Source: Prorocentrum cordatum
Taxonomy: Eukaryota
Length of the DNA: 64,000 bases
Direction of reading: 5' to 3'
Assembly (NCBI GenBank): GCA_963575745.1
Contig: CAUYUJ010000003.1
Coordinates: 1,426,001-1,490,000 of the forward strand
Shown here: one piece after another, positions 13,165 to 30,399 of the stretch
Layout: each line of letters opens with the position of its first letter
Numbering within the stretch: the first letter of the stretch is position 1
Notes under the pieces: model-generated
What the model was told of the DNA's origin: nothing
Database searches by the model: none
What the model saw: the letters and a program-made list of their open reading frames with translations, nothing else
Program-made: the position numbers and the translations under genes

Positions 13165-13674
13165 ACCCGTTTCCCTTAGGACCTCGCCGAAGCGGAGGAG
13201 GAGGAGGAGCAGGAGGAGAACGAGGAGAAAGAAGAGGAGGAATCAGGGCCCCTGGTCGCCATCTCCCTGGAGTCGCGATTCCCCTGACGTGGAGGGGCAG
13301 GCGTAAGCATAACCTTGGGGCGGTCTGGAAAAAGTGACGGGGGGGTGGGGCGTTCGGTGGGGATCGGCTCAGGGGGGGGGGGAACCTGGAATCGGCGATA
13401 CATCCTCGATAGATCGGCGAGAGACCCCCGCAAAACTGGGCGGCGTGGGGTGCCGAAGACCCGATTGGCGATGCAGCGGCGTTTGGGAGTCGATGCATCG
13501 CCCGCGCGTCCCTGGTCGGACACGGGACCCGCTTCCCTCGTCTCCTTCATGGCGATCCGCACCCCCTCCGAGGGCCGGGGCTCGCCGAGGGGGGCCGCCG
13601 CCGGACCACGCCGAGGCCGAGGCACAGAGCGGCCGTCCACACAGCCTCCGCCCAGAGGGCCAGGCGCGGCGGGG

Positions 13675-13749
13675 ACGACGACGACGACGGAACACGACAG
13701 ACCACGACGAGCACGACGACGACGACGAGGGACCACGACGGACCACGAG

Positions 13750-13781
<32 letters not shown>

Positions 13782-14458
13782 ACCACGACGGACCACGACA
13801 TCGACGACAACGACGACAACAACGGACCACGACGGACCACGACGGACCACGACGGACCACGACGACGACGAGGGACCACGACGGACCACGACGACGAAGA
13901 CGCCGACAACGAGGACGACGACGAGGGACTACGACGGACCACGACGACCAAGACGACGACGACGACGACGAGGGACCACGACGGACCACGACGTCGACGA
14001 TGGCGACAGACCACGAGAAGGAAGACAACGACGACGGACCACGACGAACGACGACGGACCACGACGACGACGACGACGACGGACCACGACGGACCTCGAC
14101 GACAACGGCGACGACGGCAGCGACGACGACGTACCACGACGGACCGAGACATCGACGACGACAGCGATGACGACGACGACGACGACAAACCAAGCCATCG
14201 ACGACGTTGACGACGGCGACGGACCACGACGGACCACGACGACGAAGACGACGACGACGAGGGACTAAGACGGACCACGACGATGACGACGACAACGACG
14301 ACGACGATGGACCACGACATCGATGTCAACGACGACGACGACGACGACCACGACGACGACGGACCACGACGACGAAGACGACGACAAAGACGACGGACCA
14401 CGACGGACCACGACGACGAAGACGACGACGACGACGACGGAACACGAAATCGTCGACA

Positions 14459-14495
<37 letters not shown>

Positions 14496-15082
14496 ACCAC
14501 GACGTCGACGACAACGACGACGACGACGACTACCCGCCACGACATCGACGACGACGACGAAGATGACGACGACGACGACGACCACGACGGACCACGACGG
14601 ACCACGACATCGACGACGACGACGACGGATCACGACGGACCACGACGACGAAAACAACAACGACCACGACGACGACGACGGAACACGAAATCGTCGACAA
14701 CGACGACGACGACGACGATGACATCGATGGAAATGACGACAACGACGACGACGATGGACCACGACATCGATGTCAACGACGACGAGGACGATGACGACGA
14801 CGACGACGGACCACAACGGACCACGACATCGACGACGACGACCGCGGCGACGACGACGACGGCCCACCACATGGACGACAACGGCGACGACGACGGACCA
14901 CGACGGAAGACGACGACTACAACGACGACGTTGACGACGGACCACGACGGACCACAACGACGACGATGACCACGACGACGACGACGCCGAAGAAGATGAC
15001 GACGACGACGATGCACCTCGACGGACCACGACATCCACGACGGAGACGACGACGGCGACGACGACGACGGACCACGATGGAC
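13675..15082. repeat. (GAC)n-based satellite punctuated by ggaccac
   Basis: Directly visible; explains all Thr/Asp/Arg/Val/Ser-rich ORFs here. Confidence 0.95.
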
Positions 15083-15104
15083 CTACGCCTACGCCTACGC
15101 TTTT

Positions 15105-18250
<3,146 letters not shown>

Positions 18251-19014
18251 GCCATACGAAACGCCTACACATGGCCACCTCCAAAACCCGCGAATCCCCT
18301 CTCCCCTCGCGCTGGGTGCTCAAAAGACCCGCGGATGCCCTAACAATGCCCAAGAATTTCCGTGACGGCCAACAAAAAACGGAACCTCCACATTAACACC
18401 AAGATGGGACAAGGGGCCACCGACTGGGAACCAGACAGCCAAAAAGGGTGCCAGAGCGGGCCCCACAACGGCCCAAGAGGACCCCTTGGCACCCCGGAGA
18501 CGACCAAGAAACCTGCGAAACGCGAATTGACCAAATGAGACGGCGGAGGAGCGTAGGCCTTTAGAGCAAAAATTTCGGGTACGTGTGATGACCCGCGGCA
18601 CCTACACTTCAGATTGTTAGCCTTCATCGCTGTAATCACTCTGTGTCTCCGACCCTCATAAATCATCAATCAGTGACGCTCTTGCTATATCACCCGCTGC
18701 GGCCTTGAACAAACAACTGACTACACTGGAAGCATGCCATAAACTGACACAGTACCTAGACCCTATAACACTATGCGCCTCCCCTGAACGCAGAAACAGA
18801 GAAAATCCGCCGGCCCCCTTGTGGGGCCACCAGGCTGTAGGCGCGGGTTCGCAGTTTCCTGTACCAGTTGTAGCTTGTAGTTTCCAGTGTTACAGTTCTG
18901 CTTCTTGCTGGTTACTGTAACTAGTTGATTGACCGCGCGAGGGGGGGGGAGGCCCAAACAAGATTTTTAGCATCTCCTGGGCGCGTTGTCTGAATTGCTG
19001 GGGGGGCTCGAAAT

Positions 19015-19541
19015 CGACACCCCTCACGCAGATCCGCGGGGTCAGGGTCCAAAAACACAAGAGATTTGCCACATTTCTGAATTTCGGTGCCACCCCTCAC
19101 GCAGATCCCCGGGGTCAGGGTCCAAAAACACAGGTGATTTGCCACATTTCTCAAATTCGGTGCCACCCATCACACAGATCCGCAGAGTCACGGTCCAAAA
19201 ACACAGGGGATTTGCCACATTTCTATAATTCGACGCCACCCCTCACGCAGATCCGCGGGGTCAGAGTCCAAAAACACAGGGGATTTGCCACATTTCTATA
19301 ATTCGACGCCACCCCTCACGCAGATCCGCAGAGTCACGGTCCAAAAACACATGAGATTTGCCACATTCCTGTCATTCGGTGCCACCCCTCACGCAGATCC
19401 GCGGGGTCAGGGTCCAAAAACACAGGGGATTTGCCACATTTCTGAAATTCGGTGCCACCCCTCACGCAGATCCGCGGGGTCAGGGTCCAAAAACACAGGT
19501 GATTTGGCACATTTCTGAAATTCGGTGCCACCCTTCACGCA
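19015..19541. repeat. 73-bp tandem minisatellite, about 7 copies
   Basis: ccctcacgcagatccgcggggtcagggtccaaaaacacag..gatttgccacatttct starts at 19021, 19094 and onward at 73-bp steps. Confidence 0.95.
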
Positions 19542-21699
19542 CATCCATCGCAAGGCGTGGTAACCCAAACTGCGAGAACTCCCTCGGCCCTTTAATCGCA
19601 AGGTGTGGTAACCAAGCCCGTAAACCATACACGTCTTACCAATCGCCAGGTGTGGTAACCCCTCTTGTGATCAGTTGGTTTTGCTGATTGCGAATCGGCT
19701 TCGCATGAAGTTTCGATACTGCTTCACGACAGCGCCAAGGCCTCATGACTTAGCTCTTCCATGGCCCATTCTCCGAGAGAGGGGGCCGGCGGCAGGGGGC
19801 GAAGCCCTTACGGATATTAATAGATACGCTTGCGCCCACATGGTGCTTTGTTGTCCAGATAGGCCACGAACATTCGTTGATGTTATGAAACATCGACAGC
19901 TGGGCGACGCCAAACCCAACCATATATTGATGATACTCTTATCGTCACCTGTCCCCATGCCCCATCCCCTCGGAACCACGAATGGTAGTAGTAGGCGTGG
20001 ATATGGTCGAGGCAGCACGGCATCACCCTGGCGCCGCAAATACCACCGCTTGCTCCGTCGCCTCTGCTTGCACTATCTGACTGCAACCGCCATTGCAGAC
20101 ACGGCAATCCACATGCCTGTTATCGAACGCAGACCGTCGGAACTTTCAATGCTTGATCAGAGCATGAGCCGTTTGCTGGATCGCCCTCACAAGAATACAC
20201 AACCATCACGGATTACAGACGTTCCACACAGATGCACCACGGACAGACCACGGGATCCGCCAGAGGGGCTGCCAGGCTTATCTCGGCACGGCCTCCCAGG
20301 GCCCGAGGCAGTTCCGAATGGCTGCCCCGCCCGTCATGCTCACCACGAACGGGTCCTGGAGCCTGGGGGTCCTCCCCCGGGACCTGGCCTTCGTCCTGAG
20401 CCGCTTTCTGCCCGCCCCATGGGGCAGAGGGAAGGCCAATGGGAGCCCGAAGACGGCCACGGACACGCGTTGGGCCCATTTCCTTCACGACCGTGCTGCT
20501 TCATGGCCACATGCCCCCCCCCCCCCCCCCCCCGCTCGAGGAGCTGGTGCACACCTGCCGGATGGGCCCGGGTTCGGGTGGGCTCTGTCACGGCCTTGGC
20601 TCGTGCTCGAGCGGGCTTCGCTCGCCTGTGGCGACCCCAATGCCCGACTTTGTGGCCTTCTCGACTGGGCCACGAAAATTGGGCCCAACTCGGGGATACA
20701 CGATGGAAGGGCGTCCATCCTCGACAGGAGTGCGCCCGAATAGCTCCCCAGGGGTTCATCCTCGAGCTTGCCTCACTTTCCGAGCGGCCTGGTGAAAGGG
20801 CCCGACCGAAGAATTTCTTGGTCAGCGCGGATGTCCTGGATCGGCGTTGGACCCCCGACGGAGGCGCCGCCAGGTGGGCCCAACGCCGATCCAGAAAATC
20901 CACACAGACCTGGGAGAAATTGTGTATGTCGCTTTTTGTTCTTCGATTGATTTCTCCCGTAGGCCAGCGGCGGCGACGACGACAATAATGATGACGATGA
21001 CGACGACAAACGATGAACGACGGACGACGGACAACGGAGGACGACGGAGGACGACAGACGACAGACGACAGACGACAGACGCTGACAAACGACGACGGCA
21101 ACGGCGGCGCCGACGACAAGGACGGCGGCGGCGGCGGCGGAGGGGGCCCCGGCTGCGCGCCACATCCGCCTGCGGGGCCCTCGGCCCCGAGGCCAGCGTC
21201 CCGTCGGGATCGCCCAGGCAGGAAAGGGGGCGACCTGCACGTCTCGGGGTGCGCCGGAGAGGGGTGGCAGCGACAAGGGAGGACCAGCGCAGAGGGGGAT
21301 GCATCGAGCTGGAATCGGCGATACGGCGATACGTCGCGGATGGATCGGCGACAGGTCCCCGATCGCAAATCGGAAGGTTCTAGGGCGGGATGGGCTGTCG
21401 GGCCCATGTCGGCGACCAGTGGGGTATTGGCAGTCTTTGACTCCAACCCTCAGCCTGTTCCCCCCTTGCCCTTGCCCCTGTGAAGAGTGGGGCCAGGAAG
21501 CTTCGGAAGCCCCGGTGGGGTACTGAACAAACGGGCACGAGGCCCAACAGCACATGTTGCCCAAGCCGAGAACAACCGCTGTTTGGCGGGCGGTTTTCCG
21601 TCTCAAATGGACAGAGCCCGCGGCGGCACCGAGAGCCAACCCTGCTCAACATGATCAGGAACCGCGGTTGGTCATCGTACCCACTTTTCCGTACCCAGT

Positions 21700-22470
21700 T
21701 CGATCGTGCCGAGAAATGACGAGGGAGGCTACAGCCACCGCGCTACCATAAGGAACGGACAGTGAGGAACGCAGGTGCTCTTCTGGCCGCGGCGAGCCCC
21801 GGCCACAAGCAGGTTCCCCGACCTGGATCGGAGGAGCGGCCCGTGAACCAGCGCCGCTCCTGAGCCAGGAGTGGTCCTTGCTACAGCGTCTTGACCGTAG
21901 AGCACCATGGCCCAAGGCGCACGCACGGACGACAGATGGGGCCAGGGAGCGTCTCGAGAGAAGAAGAGGGGACCATGATGAGATCCGCACACTCCTAGTC
22001 CTCGCCCACTCTTCCACGCCAGATGTGCTGTCATAACTCGGAACTCTGGCGGCCGCTCGGGACGATTCGGGCCCCCCTGGGAGGCTTACGACGGAGCGCA
22101 CCTGCTGGGGAGCGTCCCGTTCCTTCTGGACGCCCTCGAATGTCGCGCAGGCGGGCATCGCTTCCCAAGACCCCCCTGGAAAAAACGCAATGTTTGCAGG
22201 TCGTGTCGAAGAACCGTCCCTGGGACTTCCCTTGGGGTAATTTCTTACTCCGGGCTCCTTTCTGAAGGTCACGGAGCCCGAAACGGCTCCGGGAGGCCAA
22301 AAACTGCGATAAGCCACAGGCGGCGAAAACAAGCAAATCGACTGTGACAAATGCGTTATACTGTTTCCAGGGCAGTGTGGATGCCGGAAAGCCGCTCTCG
22401 CCACCTCGATGCCACCAACCAGGAGCGGCACCGCGCTGCACAGCAGGAGGACCACGCAAGCGGCCTCGTG
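21700..22470 (-). other. Exon-like islands of a possible host gene or pseudogene with hydrophobic segments
   Basis: After cacgag|G: AACVVLLLCSAVPLLVGGIEVARAAF; in another frame WKQYNAFVTVDLLVFAACGLSQF. No consistent frame or family recognised. Confidence 0.3.
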
Positions 22471-22881
22471 CGGCGAAGCACGGCCGAAGCGCGCCGCGGC
22501 GCCGCTCTCCCGGACCTCCACGCTGCCCGCTCGACCCCGAGGAGGCAGCAGGAGGAGAGGGACGAGGGGAAGGAGAGGCCGCCCCCTGTTCCGAAAAAAA
22601 GCTGTATCAACACATTGAATGTTCGGATGTCCGCGTGAATCTCCGACAGATTGTGACTTCTGCTGTATTATGACTACTGCTGTTACCTATAATTGTAACT
22701 CCGATTACCACCGCTGTACTTTTCCACCGGTGATAATTCTAGTACGACTAATACGATCAATAAATCAATATCACGGCTATGAACACAAGTATTCTTCTTG
22801 GAACAGTTAGTAGAACTTTTATTTCCACTACATCCACCACTAGCAGGAATATCACCCGCATGCTAATAAATTGTGCTCGTG

Positions 22882-25490
<2,609 letters not shown>

Positions 25491-25496
25491 ACGAAT

Positions 25497-25995
25497 ATGA
25501 TACCGGAGAAAACCCCAATCAGGGCTATAAGGCTAGGGGGCTATAGGGCTATGGGGCTATTGGGCTATAGGGCTATAAAACTTTGGGCCACAGAATTGTA
25601 GGGCTATAGGGCTATCCGGCTATGTGGCTATAGGGCACCCCCGGGCACCCCAAGGCACCCCCAGGCACGCCCGGGCACGCCTGGGCACGCCCAGGCACCC
25701 TGGCACCCGGGCACCCGGGCACCCGGGCACCCACGGGCACCCACGGGCACCCGGGCGCCCCGGCACCCGGGCACCCCCGGGCACCTGGGCGTGCGGCGAA
25801 AATCGGCGGCAGACCTAACCTAACCATGATACCGGAGAAAAAACCCAATCAGGGCTATAGGGCTAGGGGGCTATAGGGCCATTGAGCTATATAGGGTTGC
25901 AGAACTATAGGGCTATAGAATTGTAGGGCTATGGGCCTATTGGGCTATTGGGCTATAGGACTATAGGGCACCCCTGGGCACCCCCGGGCACGCCC
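25497..25995. repeat. Duplicated unit built from (gggctata)n and (gggcaccc)n
   Basis: atgataccggagaaaa(a)cccaatcagggctata occurs at ~25497 and ~25827, each followed by the same subrepeats. Confidence 0.85.
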
Positions 25996-26770
25996 ACTTA
26001 GAGGATCGTGGTACTTATGTCACTAAGGCCCTAGGTGTAAGCATCGTAAGCCACAGAGCTACTTAGCTGAGCACTTGATGTTATATATTAAGTTACTGCT
26101 AAGTTACTTATCTGGTCATATCTTAAGTTACTTGGGCGAACCTTATGAAATGGGTATAAGTTACTTAGCTTGGGAGGGTAGGCACCGCCCCCGCCTGCGC
26201 GCCCGCGCCCGCCCCCGAGGAGGAGTAAGATGATAATGAAAAAGGACAGGGGGAGAGAGAGAGAGAGAGAGAGAGACAGAGACAGAGAGAGAAGGGGGGA
26301 GAGAAAGAGAGAGAGAGGGAGAGAGAAAAAAAAAAAGAGAGAGAGAGAGAGAGAAAGAGAGAAAGAGCGAGAGAGAGAGAGAGGGGAAGGGATGGAGGGG
26401 GGGAGAGGATAACAACGAGAGGAAAAAGAGAGAGGAGGAGGAGGAGGAGGAGGAGGAGGAGGAGGAGGAGGAGGAGGAGGAGGAGGAGGGGGAGGGGGAA
26501 GAGGAAGAGGAGGAGGAAAAGGAGGAGGAGGCGGAGGAGGAGGAAGCCTGCCCATCCTGGGACCGCATAGATTGCACCGCATAGATATCTCCTTCTCCTC
26601 CTCCTCCTCATTCTTTCTCAAGCGATCGCCATCGCTCCCCTGCCTGCTGCTACCCCACCCACCCCGTTCTTTGACAAAGTAAACGCGCCCATGTTTCTGC
26701 CTCCTCCCTCCTCCTTCTCCTCCTGCCCTCCTCCCTCCTCCTCCTCCCCCGACTTTCCTCCGCCTATCTC

Positions 26771-26973
26771 CCCTCCCCGATCCTCCTCCCTCTTCCCCCA
26801 AGCGATCGCAATCGCAGCATTGTTCGCGTCTTGATGGGCAACATGATATGCACCTGCGTGCTGTCATTCGCGGAAGGATGGCCATGAAGGTGCATATTAT
26901 GTTGTCCATCAAGACGCGAAACAATGCTGCGATTGCGATCGCTTGGGGAGAGAGGGAGGAGGATCGGGGAGGG
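26771..26973. mobile_element. Near-perfect palindrome (foldback), ~85-bp arms
   Basis: cccgatcctcctccctct.ccccaagcgatcgcaatcgcagcattgtt(t)cgcgtcttgatgg.caacat.atatgcacct is mirrored around ~26870. Confidence 0.85.
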
Positions 26974-28241
26974 AGCGATGGCGATCGCTTAAGGGAGGGA
27001 GGAGGGAGGATGGAGGAGGGAGGAAGGAGGGGGGAGGGAGGAGGCATGAGAAAGGCAGCGATTGCGTTCGCTTAAGGGAGGGAGGAGGTAGGAGGGAGGA
27101 GGGAGGGAGGAGGGAGGATGCATGGGAAAGGCATTGATTGCGATCGCTTGGGGGAGAAAGGTGGGGAAGGGGGAGGCAGCGATGGCAATCGCTTATTGCG
27201 ATCGCACTGTGGGGGGCCGCGCGAAGCGCGAACTTAGGAGCCCTTGCAGAAGCGGGGCGATCTCGCGCAAGGGCAGGTGGAGGGGGAGGGGGAGGGACTC
27301 GGAACTCGGAACTCGGGGATCCTCGAAAGGCCGTCACTCAGGACGGCAATGCCGGGGGTGTGCAAGACACAGGTAGTCCTGTAGACCAAGAGGCCCTTAG
27401 AAGGGCCAAAGAAACACAGAAAGACCGCAAACTCACAGATATGGAATCCGAATGCCGAAGTAGAACTCAGCACGAATGCAGCCCACTAACAAGACACAAG
27501 TCTCCCAATCCCAACGAGCAACATCCAAATACTGCTACCCCCTCCTTACTCCAACTAATGATCTACAACAGCAACAGACCAAACAAAATCAGGTTAGCCT
27601 GTGCCCGCGATCGCGGCATTGAACCACCTGTGCAGATCTGCCTGGACCTTCTCGTGGGCTGCTCGTGGCGGCAGCTCGGCCCGAACAAATTCACAGACGT
27701 GATAGGAAGTCTACGCTGTTTGGCCACTCTCTCCATGCGCCGACGCAACGCCTCAGCCCTATTTGCAGCAATCCTCACCCGGACAGCTTCTGACAAGAGT
27801 GGCGGGGGCGGCGGAGGGGGAGAGGAGGGAGACAGAGGCGAGATGGGGAACTCCTGAGAACAACTTGGGATCTCGGGCATGGGTTCCCGAGCATAGGACA
27901 GAGCCACTGAGTGGCTGTCAAGATCGTCCTCCTGGTTCGACCTCAAATCTTCCCCAGCCCTACGCACAGATCTAATCCTGGCAAGGGTAGACTGCTTCCT
28001 CTCGACCCTGGGAACAGCAAAGTCTGGGCCCATCATTGGAGCCTCGGAAACAATAGAAGCAGTGGTCGCAAACAAACTCTTTAAAAGCACACACTGTTCA
28101 CGATCATCATCGTCGCCAATCGAAAGGGGCGGGAGTACAGTGTCCAGCATGGCTCGACCAATTACAGAGCATAAGGCTGGCGGAAATACATTTGTGTCTT
28201 GGCGGTTCTAAAGGAGCCATCGGCCCTTTTGCCCAGCAGTA

Positions 28242-28406
28242 CACCTTGGGCGATGCTTAAGAAAACTTAAGTGTTCGGCCAGAGTCTCGATTATTCTTAA
28301 TGTTTCAATGCAAATCCTAAGATTTGAATAGACATTCTGGGTTTTATTTCAAATTGTGAGACTATGAATTTCTTAATCCATGATTTCTAAAGCATTTCGC
28401 AGGGTG
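28242..28406. mobile_element. 165-bp Tc1/mariner-type MITE inserted into the DNMT domain
   Basis: TA duplicated at 28240-28241 and 28407-28408; TIRs caccttgggcgatgcttaagaaa and caccctgcgaaatgctttagaaa; removal restores RAHDVLLGKR. Confidence 0.9.
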
Positions 28407-28566
28407 TACGTCATGGGCTCTCGGACCGTGGCTACACTTTCCGCCGCCTGGGGTGGAAGTGGGGAAGGTGGCTAGCGAAGGCATTCGGACAGCCAGAATT
28501 CCTGCGGGAGCGCGGCCCTCCTGTCCACATTCACATTGGTCAATCCCCGTCAACACACAAGCTGGC

Positions 28567-28655
28567 GAGGAGGGAGGAGGGAGGAGGGAGGAGGGAGGAG
28601 GGAGGAGGGAGGAGGGAGGAGGGAGGAGGGAGGAGGGAGGAGGGAGGAGGGAGGA
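28567..28655. repeat. (GGAGGGA)n expansion inside the DNMT domain
   Basis: Directly visible; absent at the homologous position of the 1-2760 copy. Confidence 0.9.
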
Positions 28656-30399
28656 GCGGCAACTAGTGCCTTGGTAGGGCGGAACGACCAGGATGGGATT
28701 GCACGGGGCTCCCAAGTGGGCGACGCTGGATGTTCCACCCACCCTGCACCGCCCACACATGCCAACACACATAACAGTTCAACAGTTGCCATGTCAAGAG
28801 CGTTGGCAACTTGAACCTGAAGACTCTGCCTGGGGGTTAAAGCCGCCAGCCCCCAAGGGGCATTCCAGGACCTGAGCGGAGGGGGGCCCCCATCCTACCA
28901 GCGAGACGCAGAGAATGTGTCACACGCCCCCCCCCCCCCTGCTAGCACAGCAACTCTACCAGCCTTACTGTGGCCAGACCGCACATCTACAGTAGACTGC
29001 TTGCTAAGGTCTCCAACTTCAGAATCTAATATAATGTCAATTGACAGGGCGCGCAGCTCAACTTCAGGTAAAATAAGCTCCAACGAAGCTTCTACAACAC
29101 ATTGTATGTCCCCTAAACGGCGTTGACCACAAAACACATTAGCAATAAACACAGTTCGGCGATGCAGTCTGCGAGGTACTAGATTTGCAAGCCTGTCTCT
29201 GTATTCATTCCTATCATATGGCCAATCCAGAAACGTGCCATCTACCGATCCTGGGGCAGGGGGCTCAGACGTCAACTGATCCAAAAACTGTCTGGACCAG
29301 CCTGTGACATCAAGTCGAACAGTTTGTAGGTACTGCTGGGCCTGCGCACGCGAGTATATAGCATTCAAACCTCTAGCTGCTGGGTGAATAGGGCCTGAGG
29401 CAATGCACGACGGGGCTGAGGCGCGTGAAGAGGAATACCCACGCTTGAAAGCAAGCTTGTTTTCTTGCTTCTCCTTCTCCGCCAGATCTTGCAGCGCGTC
29501 TGGAGGGTGAGGAGGCACTTGCGTAACGTAAAACACCATGCAGCAAATTGGGCGCCAGGTCGTGGCATGAGGGACCAGCAGCGATCTCGATTCAAACACT
29601 CTCAAACATGCCTGGCATTTGTTCTCGGAAACATGTCTCCGAGCAATGCCTGACAACGTAGTATGGTCTGCCCGAATGTGGGCATCAAGCGACGGTATCT
29701 TCTCAGTGCAAAAATCACAGACATGACATTTAAACAACTTGCGAGGTACAGGCTGGGGCACATCTCTAGGAGGAGGGGGGCCTTCACTCGTCATCATGTT
29801 CAGGATGCGCTTTTCCCAGCGAGATGCTTCCAGTTCCCGTCTCGCTTTAGCAACAACTGTCTTAGTAACTTCCTGAATAGCACACAACCGCGATCCCCTG
29901 GAAGATTCTACTTTGTTGACCCAGGCCCCCGTGTCAGCAGATGGCAAGGGCATATCCTGGAACGCGTGGTGTGAGGACCGCAACCAGGAACAATCTTCCA
30001 GGATTTGATGCAACCATGAATTTTGTTTGGCCCTGGTGGCAGCCTGCACGTGCTCAGCATGTAGTAAAGCCAGCAGCGGAGTAGGAGCAGCTGCCAAGAC
30101 CGGCCCACATAGCCGTAGACGAGCAGCACGTAGCACGACAGACACAACAGGCTTTAGTGCAGCAGACATGACGTCATCATCCGTAGGGCCTCCAGCCTCA
30201 AAGCAAGGCAACCTCAATACACGGCGATATCTACGTACATATTGGGACCGAACTCTATTCGTGTCACTGCCAAACATGCTGTGCCATGTACCTGCACCAT
30301 ACAATGCTGATTTAATGCCAAGAGAATCCGTAAGGATCAACTTAGGTACAATGGAAACCTCGGTGGCCCTCTTGAAGGCCTTGCTAAGTACAGACAATT

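Larger units (their letters stand above)
28150..29160 (-). pseudogene. C5 cytosine DNA methyltransferase-like domain, disrupted
   Basis: IANVFCGQRRLGD (motif I-like), LSID..GDL (II/III-like), AGGGGACDTFSASR (motif IV-like, Cys codon 28922-28924), stop at 28895, then GPPPLRS..PWGL..QVQVANAL, WVEHP (VI-like), IDQCECG, GSFRTAK..YxPALC. Confidence 0.8.

Noticed and set aside
19015..19541. CRISPR array or tRNA cluster suggested by the 73-bp period
   Set aside because: Whole units repeat with no unique spacers and no cloverleaf or TTC-loop pattern; same for 36280-36712
19675..20988. 437-aa ORF
   Set aside because: Non-ATG start, no recognisable motif, crosses compositionally different blocks; likely a chance ORF in GC-rich DNA
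27310..27352. Hammerhead ribozyme at the LINE 3' end
   Set aside because: ctgagtga is followed by tttcg rather than gaaa on the same strand, so the core is not formed
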